From Candidatus Limnocylindria bacterium (GTDB taxonomy: Bacteria; Chloroflexota; Limnocylindria; QHBO01), in contig DATBLJ010000031.1 of assembly GCA_036555375.1 (NCBI GenBank), forward strand, positions 1 through 62,040: DNA of 62,040 nucleotides, given 5' to 3'. Position 1 is the stretch's first letter; the number at the start of each line of letters is the position of its first letter. Positions 44,475 through 53,225 of the stretch are shown here, piece by piece. The notes below the pieces were generated by a model. The model ran no database searches. It worked only from the letters and a program-made list of their open reading frames with translations, and was not told where the DNA came from. The position numbers and the translations under genes were made by a program.

Positions 44475-45578
44475 ATGAACACCCTGCAGCGCCTCTCCGC
44501 CGAATTTGGCCAGAGCCCCTGGATCGACTCCATCGACCGCGACATGATCGAGTCCGGCGCGCTGGCCCAGATGATCGGGGACGGCATCCGCGGGCTGACC
44601 AGCAACCCGACGATCTTCGCCAAGGCGGTGGCCGGCGGCTACTACGACGAGCTCATCCGGACGATGGGCGACGACGGAGCCGATGGCCAGGCGATCTACC
44701 AGGCGATCGCGGTGGGCGACATCCAGGACGCGGCCGATCTGCTGCGCCCGGTCTACGACGCGGCGGGCGGCCACGACGGCCTGGCCTCGATCGAGGTCGA
44801 GCCCGACCTCGCCGATGACGGCGACGCGACCCTGCACCGCGCCCGCGAGCTGTGGGCGCTGGTTGACCGGCCGAACATCTTCGTGAAGATCCCCGCCACC
44901 CCGGCCGGGCTGCCGGCCATCGAGGCGGCCACGGCCGAGGGCATCAACGTGAACATCACCCTGATGTTCTCGGTCGACGTCTACCGCGAGGTGGCACGCG
45001 CCTTCATCGTCGGACTGCGCCGCCACGGTGAGGCCGGAGGCGACGTGAGCCGCGTGGCCTCGGTCGCGAGCTTCTTCGTGAGCCGGGTCGACACCAAGGT
45101 CGACAAGTGGCTCGACCAGATGGGGTCCGAGGCAGCCGCGCGAGCGCGCGGCACGGCGGCGGTGGCCAACGCCAAGCTCGCCTACCAGGCCTACGGGGAG
45201 ATCTTCGGCGGTGACGAGTTCGCCGACCTGCAGGCGGCCGGGGCGAAGGTCCAGCGTTGCCTGTGGGCCAGCACCTCGACCAAGGATCCGAGCTACCGGG
45301 ACGTGAAGTACGTCGAGGCGCTGATCGGTCCCGACACCGTGAACACAATGCCGCGCGAGACGATCGCCGCGATGCTCGACCACGGGGAGCTGGCCCGAAC
45401 CCTGGACGCCGACTTCGCGGCGGCCGCGGCGGCGATCGCCGCGATCGAGGGTCTCGGGATCTCGATGCGACAGGTCACCGACGAGCTGATCAGCGAGGGC
45501 GTGGCCGCCTTCTCGAAGTCCTTCGAGGAGCTCCTCGCCACGATCGACCAGAAGCGGCGGGCCCTGGCCACCGCATGA
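44475..45578 (+). CDS. tal: Transaldolase (long actinobacterial type)
   Basis: 367 aa. SD AGGAGGAAGG upstream. QSPWIDSIDR, GLTSNPTIF and FVKIPAT (Schiff-base Lys). Confidence 0.92.
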   Translation: MNTLQRLSAEFGQSPWIDSIDRDMIESGALAQMIGDGIRGLTSNPTIFAKAVAGGYYDELIRTMGDDGADGQAIYQAIAVGDIQDAADLLRPVYDAAGGHDGLASIEVEPDLADDGDATLHRARELWALVDRPNIFVKIPATPAGLPAIEAATAEGINVNITLMFSVDVYREVARAFIVGLRRHGEAGGDVSRVASVASFFVSRVDTKVDKWLDQMGSEAAARARGTAAVANAKLAYQAYGEIFGGDEFADLQAAGAKVQRCLWASTSTKDPSYRDVKYVEALIGPDTVNTMPRETIAAMLDHGELARTLDADFAAAAAAIAAIEGLGISMRQVTDELISEGVAAFSKSFEELLATIDQKRRALATA

Positions 45579-47242
45579 GCCCGTCGCTCGCCGACGCCGT
45601 CGCCGCACGGCTGGATCGGTGGGCCGCGGACCACGTCGCGGAGCGGCTGTGGGCGCGGGACGGGAGCCTCTGGGCGGAGAGCGGGCACGACCCGGATGCG
45701 GTCGCCGCCTGGCTGGGCTGGCTCGACCTCCCCGACGCGATGACCGAGCGGATCGACGAGATCCGCAACCTCGCCGACGCCGTGGCCCGGGACGGCTACC
45801 ACCGGGCCGCTGTGCTGGGGATGGGCGGCTCGAGCCTCGCCCCGGAGCTGTGCGGCCGGCTGTTCGCCGGCCCGACCGACCTGCGGGTCTGTGATTCGAC
45901 CCATCCCGACGCGGTCCGCGGCTTCCGGGGCTGGGCGACCGCGGTCCGGACCATCCAGTTCGTCTCGTCGAAGTCCGGCACAACCACCGAGACGCTCGCC
46001 TTCCACGCCAGCCTGGCCGACCTCGTTCCCGCCCTCGACTTCGTGGCGATCACCGATCCGGGGAGCTCGCTCGTCGAGCTGGCCCGCGCCCAGGAGTTCC
46101 GGGCGATCATCGAGGGCGAGCCCGCGGTCGGCGGTCGCTACTCCGCGCTCTCGGTGTTCGGGCTCGTCCCGGCGGCCGTGCGGGGGGTCGACGTCGAGGC
46201 CCTGCTCGACGAAGCACGCGCCATGGCCGCGGCCTGCCGGCTGCCGGGCCACGACAACCCGGGCCTTGCTCTCGCCGCCAGCCTGGGCGAGGCCGCCTTC
46301 GTCGGCCGCGACAAGCTGACGATCCTCACCACGCCCCGCCTGTCGACGCTCGGTGACTGGGTCGAGCAGCTCGTCGCCGAGAGCCTGGGCAAGACGGGCC
46401 ACGGGATCATCCCGATCGTCGATGAGCCGATCGGTCCGATCGAGGCCTACGACGCGGATCGGTCGTTCGTGGTCGTCACCCTCGCGGACGACGGCGACGG
46501 GGACCTGGCGCTGACGGCCGCGGCCCTGCGCGCCGCCGGCCACCCGGTGGTCGAGATCGGGCTCGAGCGGCCCGAGGCGGTCGGCGCCGAGTTCGTCCGA
46601 TGGGAGGTCGCGACCGCGGTCCTCGGCCTCCTGCTCGGGGTCGATCCCTTCGACCAGCCGGACGTGGCCGCCGCCAAGGCGGCGACCGAGGCGCTGCTCG
46701 AGGAGTTTCGACGGGGCGGGGCGTTCCGGACCCCGATGCCGCTCGTCGCCGAGCCGGGGCTCGCCGCGTCGGCGGATCCGGCCGTCCTGGGCGACACGCC
46801 GCCCACCCTGGACGCGGCGGTCCGCGCGCTGCTGGGCAGCATCGCCGAGGGCGACTACCTCGCGATCCTTGCCTACCTGCCGCCCGACCGCGCGACCTAC
46901 GCCGCCCTGGAACGCCTCCGCCGGACGGTGCGCGACACGCTGGGAACCGCGACCACGGCCGGCATCGGACCCCGCTACCTGCACTCGACCGGCCAGCTCC
47001 ACAAGGGCGGCCCGGACAGCGGGGTGTACCTGATGCTCACCGCTGACCCGGAACGGGACCTGCCCATCCCCGGGCGGGCCGAGTCGTTCGGGACGCTGAT
47101 CGGCGCCCAGGCCGCCGGTGACTTCGCCGCGCTCCAGGCCCGTGGGCGGCGCATCCTGCGCCTCCACGCCGCCGACGCGGCCACCGCCCTCGCCCGGGCC
47201 ACCCGCCTCGTCGAGGAAGCCGTGGGCAGCCCTGTCGGCTAG
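45575..47242 (+). CDS. pgi: Glucose-6-phosphate isomerase (the type often fused to transaldolase)
   Basis: Its ATG forms an ATGA overlap with the tal stop. LGMGGSSLAPE, SKSGTTTET and GGRYSALS are the SIS-domain motifs. Confidence 0.88.
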   Translation: MSPSLADAVAARLDRWAADHVAERLWARDGSLWAESGHDPDAVAAWLGWLDLPDAMTERIDEIRNLADAVARDGYHRAAVLGMGGSSLAPELCGRLFAGPTDLRVCDSTHPDAVRGFRGWATAVRTIQFVSSKSGTTTETLAFHASLADLVPALDFVAITDPGSSLVELARAQEFRAIIEGEPAVGGRYSALSVFGLVPAAVRGVDVEALLDEARAMAAACRLPGHDNPGLALAASLGEAAFVGRDKLTILTTPRLSTLGDWVEQLVAESLGKTGHGIIPIVDEPIGPIEAYDADRSFVVVTLADDGDGDLALTAAALRAAGHPVVEIGLERPEAVGAEFVRWEVATAVLGLLLGVDPFDQPDVAAAKAATEALLEEFRRGGAFRTPMPLVAEPGLAASADPAVLGDTPPTLDAAVRALLGSIAEGDYLAILAYLPPDRATYAALERLRRTVRDTLGTATTAGIGPRYLHSTGQLHKGGPDSGVYLMLTADPERDLPIPGRAESFGTLIGAQAAGDFAALQARGRRILRLHAADAATALARATRLVEEAVGSPVG

Positions 47243-47273
47243 GTCATCATCCACGTCGTCGAAAGGAGCCGTC

Positions 47274-48227
47274 ATGCAGGTCGGGATCGTCGGACTGGGG
47301 CGCATCGGGGCGGGCATGGCCCGACGCCTGGCGCGCGGCGGGCACGACGTCGTGGCGTGGAATAGGACCCACCAGGTCGCCGTCGATCTCGCGGCCGAGC
47401 CGGAGAACGGGGGAAAGCTCACCGCGGCCGAGTCGGTCGAGGACCTGGTTGGCGCGCTCGGCGCGCCGCGGCACGTCCTGCTCAGCCTGCCGGCCGGGGA
47501 CACGACCCAGGGCCTGATCGACCAGCTGGCCGGGCTGCTCGCCCCGGGCGACGTGATCGTCGACACCGGGAACGCGAACTTTCGGGACAGCGCGCGCCGC
47601 GCGACCGAGCTGGCGGCCCGCGACCTGACGTTCCTCGACATGGGGGTCTCGGGCGGGGTCTGGGGGCTCCAGGTGGGCTTCTGCGCGATGGTCGGCGGCG
47701 ACCGGGCCGCCTTCGAGCGGCTCGAACCCGCGATCGCGACCCTGGCCCCGGCGGATGGCTACCTGTACTGCGGGCCGGCGGGAGCCGGCCACTACGTGAA
47801 GATGGTCCACAACGGGATCGAGTACGGCCTGATGGAGGCCTACGGGGAGGGGTTCGACATCCTCCACGCCTCCGACTACCCGCTCGACCTGGGGGCCATC
47901 GCCGAGCTGTGGAACCACGGCAGCGTCATTCGCTCGTGGCTGCTCGAGCTGGCCGCCGCCGCCTTCGCCAAGGAGGGCAACGACCTCGAGGGGATCGCGG
48001 GCTGGGTCGCCGACTCCGGGGAGGGGCGCTGGACGGTGGCCGAGGCGATCGACCACGACGTGCCGGCGCCGATCATCACCCTGGCCCTGATCCAGCGCTT
48101 CCGGAGTCGCCGCGCGCCCGACAGCTTCACGGACCGGGTGCTGGCCGCGCTCCGCAACGAGTTCGGCGGGCACGCCGTCAAGGCGGCCGATGCGGCGGAC
48201 GCCGCCGCTCCCGACCCGACGGCCTGA
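47274..48227 (+). CDS. gnd: 6-phosphogluconate dehydrogenase, decarboxylating, short (Gnd-like/YqeC) form
   Basis: SD GAAAGGAG upstream. MQVGIVGLGRIGAGMARRL is the Rossmann fold. MVHNGIEYGLMEAYGEGF is also present. Confidence 0.88.
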   Translation: MQVGIVGLGRIGAGMARRLARGGHDVVAWNRTHQVAVDLAAEPENGGKLTAAESVEDLVGALGAPRHVLLSLPAGDTTQGLIDQLAGLLAPGDVIVDTGNANFRDSARRATELAARDLTFLDMGVSGGVWGLQVGFCAMVGGDRAAFERLEPAIATLAPADGYLYCGPAGAGHYVKMVHNGIEYGLMEAYGEGFDILHASDYPLDLGAIAELWNHGSVIRSWLLELAAAAFAKEGNDLEGIAGWVADSGEGRWTVAEAIDHDVPAPIITLALIQRFRSRRAPDSFTDRVLAALRNEFGGHAVKAADAADAAAPDPTA

Positions 48228-48231
48228 GCTC

Positions 48232-49800
48232 ATGGTCACCGCGGCAGCCCCCATCCCGACATCGGTCAACCCCCTGCGCCAGGGCCTCCGCCAGGAGCGG
48301 ATGCCCGAACCGTGCACGATGGTCATCTGCGGCGCGACCGGGGACCTGACGCGCCGCAAGCTCGCGCCGGCGATCTACAACCTTGCCCTGGGCGGCTTCC
48401 TGCCGCCGGAGTTCACGATGGTCGGCTTTGCCCGGCGACCGATGACGAACGAGGAGTTCCACGCCCACCTGCGCGAGGGCGTCGAGCTGTTCAGCCGAAA
48501 CCGACCGGTGTCGGAGTCGGTGTGGTCCTCGTTCGCGGCCGGGATCGAGTACCAGCAGGGCGACCTCGACGACCCCGAGGCGTGGGCGGCGCTCGCCCGC
48601 CGGCTGGATCGGATCGATCGGGACCGCGGGACGGCCGGCAACCGGATCTTCTACCTCGCCATCCAACCGTCGCTGGTGCCCAACGCGGTGAACGACCTCG
48701 GGTCGGCGGGCCTGGCCGGGACCACCGAGCGGACCAGCGGCCGGCTGGGGTGGACCCGGGTCGTCGTCGAGAAACCGTTCGGCGCGGACGTCGCCTCGGC
48801 CGAGACCCTGAACCGCCAGCTGCGCGAGGTCTTCGCCGAGGAGCAGATCTACCGGATCGACCACTACCTCGGCAAGGAGACGGTCCAGAACCTGGCCGTC
48901 TTCCGCTTCGGCAACGGCCTGTTCGAGCCGATCTGGAACCGGCGCTACATCGACTCGGTCCAGATCACCGTCGCAGAGACGGTCGGCCTCGAAGGGCGCG
49001 GCGAGTTCTACGACCAGACCGGCGCTCTGCGCGACATCGTCCAGAACCACGTCCTCCAGCTGCTCGCCGTGTTCGCCATGGAGCCGCCGGTCGAGTTCGC
49101 CCCCAACGACCTGCGCGACGAGAAGCTGAAGGTCCTCCGAGCGGTGCGACCGATGTCGGCCGAGGACGTGGCCCAGAACACGGTGCGCGGCCAGTACATC
49201 ACCGGCTGGGTGGCCGGCGAGAAGGTTCCCGCCTACCGCGACGAGGACGAGGTCGCGCCCGACTCGGAGACCGAGACCTACGTCGCGCTCAAGCTGGGGA
49301 TCGACTCCTGGCGCTGGGCCGGGGTCCCGTTCTACATCCGGACCGGGAAGGCGCTGGCCTCCCGCGTGACCGAGATCGCGGTCCAGTTCCGGCGCGCGCC
49401 GCTGTCCCTGTTCGGAAAGGCCGGGACACCGGACATGGAGCCCAACGTGCTCGCCATCCGGGTCCAGCCCGACGAGGGCATCCTCCTCCGCTTCGGGGCC
49501 AAGGTCCCCGGACCGGGGCTGAACATCCGCGGCGTGAACATGGACTTCCGCTACGGGAGCTCGTTCGCCGTCGACTCGCCGGACGCCTACGAGACGCTGC
49601 TCCTCGACTGCATGATCGGCGACTCGACCCTGTTCACCCGCGACGACGAGGTCGTCCGGGCGTGGGAGATCCTCGACCCCATCGTCCGGGCCTGGGAGAG
49701 TGGCGCGGCCCCGCTCCACTTCTACGCGGCGGGCAGCTGGGGACCGCCGGCCGCCGACGAGCTGCTGGCCCGCGACGGGCGGGAGTGGCGGCGGCCTTGA
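48232..49800 (+). CDS. zwf: Glucose-6-phosphate 1-dehydrogenase
   Basis: ICGATGDLTRRKL, the active-site RIDHYLGKE and EKPFG. The ATG at 48232 lies just after the gnd stop. Confidence 0.95.
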   Translation: MVTAAAPIPTSVNPLRQGLRQERMPEPCTMVICGATGDLTRRKLAPAIYNLALGGFLPPEFTMVGFARRPMTNEEFHAHLREGVELFSRNRPVSESVWSSFAAGIEYQQGDLDDPEAWAALARRLDRIDRDRGTAGNRIFYLAIQPSLVPNAVNDLGSAGLAGTTERTSGRLGWTRVVVEKPFGADVASAETLNRQLREVFAEEQIYRIDHYLGKETVQNLAVFRFGNGLFEPIWNRRYIDSVQITVAETVGLEGRGEFYDQTGALRDIVQNHVLQLLAVFAMEPPVEFAPNDLRDEKLKVLRAVRPMSAEDVAQNTVRGQYITGWVAGEKVPAYRDEDEVAPDSETETYVALKLGIDSWRWAGVPFYIRTGKALASRVTEIAVQFRRAPLSLFGKAGTPDMEPNVLAIRVQPDEGILLRFGAKVPGPGLNIRGVNMDFRYGSSFAVDSPDAYETLLLDCMIGDSTLFTRDDEVVRAWEILDPIVRAWESGAAPLHFYAAGSWGPPAADELLARDGREWRRP

Positions 49801-51029
49801 GCCTCGAACCGGGCGCGACGCCCTATTGGGAGATGCGCGGCACGTCGGTCCGCGCGGTCGAGGCCGAGCTCGGCCGGCTCTGGCACCAGGCGACGACCGA
49901 CGGCGACGGCGCGCCGGCGCCCGGTGACGCGGTGCTGGTCCACGAGAAGGGCGCGCCGCAGGCGCGGACCTCGGTCATGAACCTGATCGTCACCGTGCCC
50001 GATCGCCAGACCAGCGACCGCGTCCTCGATACCCTGCTCGGCCTCGGCCAACGGCATCCGTCGCGCGCGATCGTGCTCCAGGCGGACCCGGCCACCGATG
50101 GAGATCCGATCGACGCACGGATCGGGACCCATTGCCGCGACGGCGAGAACGGGGCCAGCCGGGTCTGCTTCGAACAGCTCGCGCTCACCGTTCGCGGCGA
50201 GGCCGCCCGCCACCTGGACGGGATCGTCGCCCCGCTCGTCATCCACGACCTGCCGATCGAGGTCTGGTGGCCCGGTGACCCGCCCTTCGACGACGCGATC
50301 TTCAACCAGCTCGTCGAGTTCGGCGATCGGCTGGTCGTCAACGCGTCGGACTTCGCCGATCTGCCCACCGGGCTCAAGCGGCTGGCCGTCATCCGGCGCC
50401 GGGCCGGGGTGGGAGATATCGCGTGGGAGCGGCTCGCACCGTGGCAGGAGCTCACCGCCCAGTTCTTCGACGCGCCGCGCTTCCGCCGCTATCTGCCGAA
50501 CCTGTCTCGGCTGATCATCAAGTACGCGGTTCCCGAGCCGGGCCCTGGCAACGGCACGGACGGACCGGCGGGGGAGATCCTGCCGGGCGTCCGCTCCCCG
50601 GCAGCCGGGGCCCTGCTGTACGCCGGGTGGATCGCGACCCGGCTGGCGTGGAAGCGGGCGGCGTGGCGCGAGCCGATGAGCGAGGGCGGCCGCCGCCTCG
50701 TCCTCGAGGGCCGCTACGAGATGGTCGACCTGGTCATCGACCCGGTGCCCACCTCCGAACTCCCGGCCGGCGAGCTGCTTTCGGTCCGGCTCCGCGCCTT
50801 CGGGGAGGCGGGCTCGGCAGAGTTCATCGTCGACCGCTTCGGCCCGGAGGCGACGATCGCCAGCAACGCGGACGGCATGACCGCCAACCTGCGCCGGATC
50901 CCGCTCCTGCCCGAGAGCGAAGCCGAGGTCCTGCGCCGCCAGCTCGCCCTCGACCAGCGGGATCTGACCTACGAGGATGCCCTGCGGGCGGCCGCAATCC
51001 TGGCCGCAACCTCCCGGGACGGATCGTGA
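49797..51029 (+). CDS. opcA: OpcA, glucose-6-phosphate dehydrogenase assembly protein
   Basis: A TTG at 49797 overlaps the zwf stop (TTGA); an ATG a few codons downstream is the alternative start. VEAELGRLW, SVMNLIV, HPSRAIVL, LPIEVWWPGDPP and GDIAWERL are colinear with mycobacterial OpcA. Confidence 0.85.
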   Translation: MSLEPGATPYWEMRGTSVRAVEAELGRLWHQATTDGDGAPAPGDAVLVHEKGAPQARTSVMNLIVTVPDRQTSDRVLDTLLGLGQRHPSRAIVLQADPATDGDPIDARIGTHCRDGENGASRVCFEQLALTVRGEAARHLDGIVAPLVIHDLPIEVWWPGDPPFDDAIFNQLVEFGDRLVVNASDFADLPTGLKRLAVIRRRAGVGDIAWERLAPWQELTAQFFDAPRFRRYLPNLSRLIIKYAVPEPGPGNGTDGPAGEILPGVRSPAAGALLYAGWIATRLAWKRAAWREPMSEGGRRLVLEGRYEMVDLVIDPVPTSELPAGELLSVRLRAFGEAGSAEFIVDRFGPEATIASNADGMTANLRRIPLLPESEAEVLRRQLALDQRDLTYEDALRAAAILAATSRDGS

Positions 51030-51763
51030 CGACCGCCTGGACAGTCCTGCCCACCGCCGAAGACGTGGCCCAGGCCGCCGCCGACACGTTCGTCGCCGCG
51101 GCCGGGGCCGCGATCGCCGAGCGCGGCCGCTTCTACGTCGCGCTCCCCGGCGGTCGGACGCCGCTCGGCGCGTTTGCCCGGCTCGCGGAGGCCCCGCTCC
51201 GCGATCGGGTGGCGTGGGACCGGGTCGAGCTGTTCTGGGCCGACGAGCGGGCGGTGGGCCCCGACGACGAGCTGTCGAACTACCGCTCGGCGCGCGACAC
51301 GTGGCTCGGCAACGTCCCGGAGATCGGCCCGGGCCAGGTCCATCGGATGATGGCCGAGACGACCGACCTCGAGATCGGCGCCGACGCCTACGCCCAGCTG
51401 CTCCGCGAGGTCGTGCCCGCCAACGACGCCGGGATCCCGGTCTTCGACCTCGTCTGGCTCGGCGTCGGCGCCGACGGCCATACCGCGTCGCTGTGCCCAA
51501 ATGACGCCTCCCTGCTGGTGACCGATCGGCTGGTCACCCCCACCTGGCCGGCCGGCTATCCGACCGCACGGCTGACGCTCACCTACCCGGTGATCGACGC
51601 CGCGCGCCAGGCCCTGCTGGTGGCGACCGGCGCCGAGAAGGCGCCCACCGTGGCCGCGATCCGGGCCGGGGCTGATCTTCCGGCCGGCCGGGTCCACGCC
51701 GCCCGCACGACCTGGCTCCTCGACGCGGCCGCCGCCGGTGAGGCGGTCGAACAACCGGCGTGA
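51026..51763 (+). CDS. pgl: 6-phosphogluconolactonase
   Basis: Its start forms a GTGA overlap with the opcA stop. ALPGGRTP, LFWADERAV and GVGADGHTASL. Confidence 0.9.
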   Translation: MTTAWTVLPTAEDVAQAAADTFVAAAGAAIAERGRFYVALPGGRTPLGAFARLAEAPLRDRVAWDRVELFWADERAVGPDDELSNYRSARDTWLGNVPEIGPGQVHRMMAETTDLEIGADAYAQLLREVVPANDAGIPVFDLVWLGVGADGHTASLCPNDASLLVTDRLVTPTWPAGYPTARLTLTYPVIDAARQALLVATGAEKAPTVAAIRAGADLPAGRVHAARTTWLLDAAAAGEAVEQPA

Positions 51764-52020
51764 CCTGGCTGTTCGTCGCCATCGGCCTCGCGACCGGCGC
51801 CGCCGGCCTGGTCATCGGGGTGCCGGCCTGGCAGACATGGCGGGCGCGAGCGGCCCGGGAGCGGAATGCCGAGCGCTACCTGGCCTGGCGTGGGCGCGGT
51901 GACCGGACCGGGGACGCCGGCGCCCAGCGGATGACCTCGGACGAGCGGCGCCGGATCGGGCTGGCGGCTGGGCTGCTGGCGGTGGCCATCGCCTGCCTCG
52001 TCATCGGACTCTCGACCTGA
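51760..52020 (+). CDS. Small (86 aa) two-TM membrane protein, translationally coupled to pgl
   Basis: Its start forms a GTGA overlap with the pgl stop. There are hydrophobic helices at both ends and an Arg-rich loop between them. Confidence 0.5.
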   Translation: MTWLFVAIGLATGAAGLVIGVPAWQTWRARAARERNAERYLAWRGRGDRTGDAGAQRMTSDERRRIGLAAGLLAVAIACLVIGLST

Positions 52021-52037
52021 TCGACCGTCGCGGACCG

Positions 52038-52391
52038 ATGCGCGTCGAGCTGCTGTTCTGGGACGCCGACCCGGAGTACATGACCGCGCGCCAGCGGCTG
52101 GTCGAGGTCCTGATCGAGGACGCATTCGAGACTCCGATCCAGATGATCGCCGTCGGGACCGCCGAGGATGCGGCCTTCCTCGGGCTGCCGGGCTCGCCGA
52201 CGATCCGGATCGACGGGGACGACGTCGACCCCGATGGCCTGGGCGACGTTGGCCTCTACCTGCGCTCGTATCCCGGGGAGGAGGGCGCGCCGCCGGAGCG
52301 GGCGCCCTCGAAGGCCACCATCCGGCGGGCGGTGGACCGGGCACGAGGCTGGAGCCACGGCTCGACAGCGGAGGCACCCGGCCCGGGGTAG
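52038..52391 (+). CDS. Thioredoxin-fold-like small protein that lacks the usual cysteines
   Basis: The pattern LLFWDADPEY ... FLGLPGSPTIRIDGDDVDP ... GLYLRSY resembles a family I remember as LLYF(E/D)GCPNW ... GSPT..VDG ... GL(A/S)CR.Y. In this protein both Cys positions are replaced. Confidence 0.5.
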   Translation: MRVELLFWDADPEYMTARQRLVEVLIEDAFETPIQMIAVGTAEDAAFLGLPGSPTIRIDGDDVDPDGLGDVGLYLRSYPGEEGAPPERAPSKATIRRAVDRARGWSHGSTAEAPGPG

Positions 52392-52401
52392 ACTCGCCGG
52401 C

Positions 52402-52806
52402 ATGTCCGCCGCCAAGCGGCCCAGCACCTCGAGCCTGCGACGCTTCGTCAGCTCGCGCCCGTACGTGCCGGTGGCCGAGCTGCGGCGCAGGTTCGGGCTC
52501 GACGAGCCCGATGCGATGATCCGGATCAGCCGCAACGGGACGACCGCGTTCATCGGCGTGCCCGCACGCGAAGCAGCCAAGCTCGAGGAGCTCTGGGTCC
52601 GCGACGAGCTCGGCGTCGAGCTCTCGGTCGACGTCAACGCCCCGGTGGTGGTCGGCGTCTTTCCGATGCGGATCTCCCGCTTCGTGGCCGACCACAACGG
52701 CAGCAGCCCGAGCGGGCTGAACGGGCTGAACGGCCACGGGGATGCGAACGGCGACGTGGACGCGATCGACGTCGTCGACCTGGTCGACACCTTCGAGGGC
52801 ATCTGA
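52402..52806 (+). CDS. Hypothetical protein, 134 aa
   Basis: The ATG at 52402 is preceded by TAGACT (52389-52394) with a 7-nt spacer. No family recognised. The C-terminus has Asn/Gly/Asp-rich repeats (LNGLNGHGDANGDVD). Confidence 0.5.
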   Translation: MSAAKRPSTSSLRRFVSSRPYVPVAELRRRFGLDEPDAMIRISRNGTTAFIGVPAREAAKLEELWVRDELGVELSVDVNAPVVVGVFPMRISRFVADHNGSSPSGLNGLNGHGDANGDVDAIDVVDLVDTFEGI

Positions 52807-52838
52807 CGCCGACCGTCGTCGCCATCGTCTCCGAGCTG

Positions 52839-53156
52839 ATGACCGCCTCGCGCATCGAGAGCGCCGTCCTGGCCGCGGGCGGGACCTTCCAGCGGATCGA
52901 CGACCCGGCCGAGCTGCCGCCGGCCACCGGGGTCGACGTGCTGGTCGTCGACTGGGCGGCCCGTCGCGACGACTGGGGAGCGCGCCTGACGGCCTGGCGC
53001 CCGGGCGCGGGCTCTCAGGCGCCGCGGATCGTCCTCTTTGGCCCGCACACCGATCTCGACGCCCATCGCGCGGCCAAAGCATCCGGACTGGGGCCGATGC
53101 GCGCCCGATCGGCGCTGTTCGCCGGGCTGCCGACCCTCCTCAGCGAAGGGGGATAG
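52839..53156 (+). CDS. Hypothetical protein with a receiver/Rossmann-like pattern; the N-terminus probably extends upstream
   Basis: ATG at 52839. The in-frame upstream codons read LTPTVVAIVSEL, a typical first beta-strand. The only start-like codon in that stretch is a CTG at 52803, which overlaps the previous stop (CTGA). Confidence 0.45.
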   Translation: MTASRIESAVLAAGGTFQRIDDPAELPPATGVDVLVVDWAARRDDWGARLTAWRPGAGSQAPRIVLFGPHTDLDAHRAAKASGLGPMRARSALFAGLPTLLSEGG

Positions 53157-53159
53157 CCG

Positions 53160-53189
53160 GAAGCCGGGCCGCGGCCGCAGCCCGGCTTC
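53160..53189. terminator. Bidirectional hairpin GAAGCCGGGC-(CGCGGCCGCA)-GCCCGGCTTC between convergent genes
   Basis: Perfect 10-bp stem; the loop contains the GCGGCCGC palindrome. It lies 4 nt after the plus-strand stop and 36 nt after the minus-strand stop. Confidence 0.5.
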
Positions 53190-53225
53190 GGGTCTGGAGC
53201 TGTGCCGGGTCGGCACCCGCTCCGG

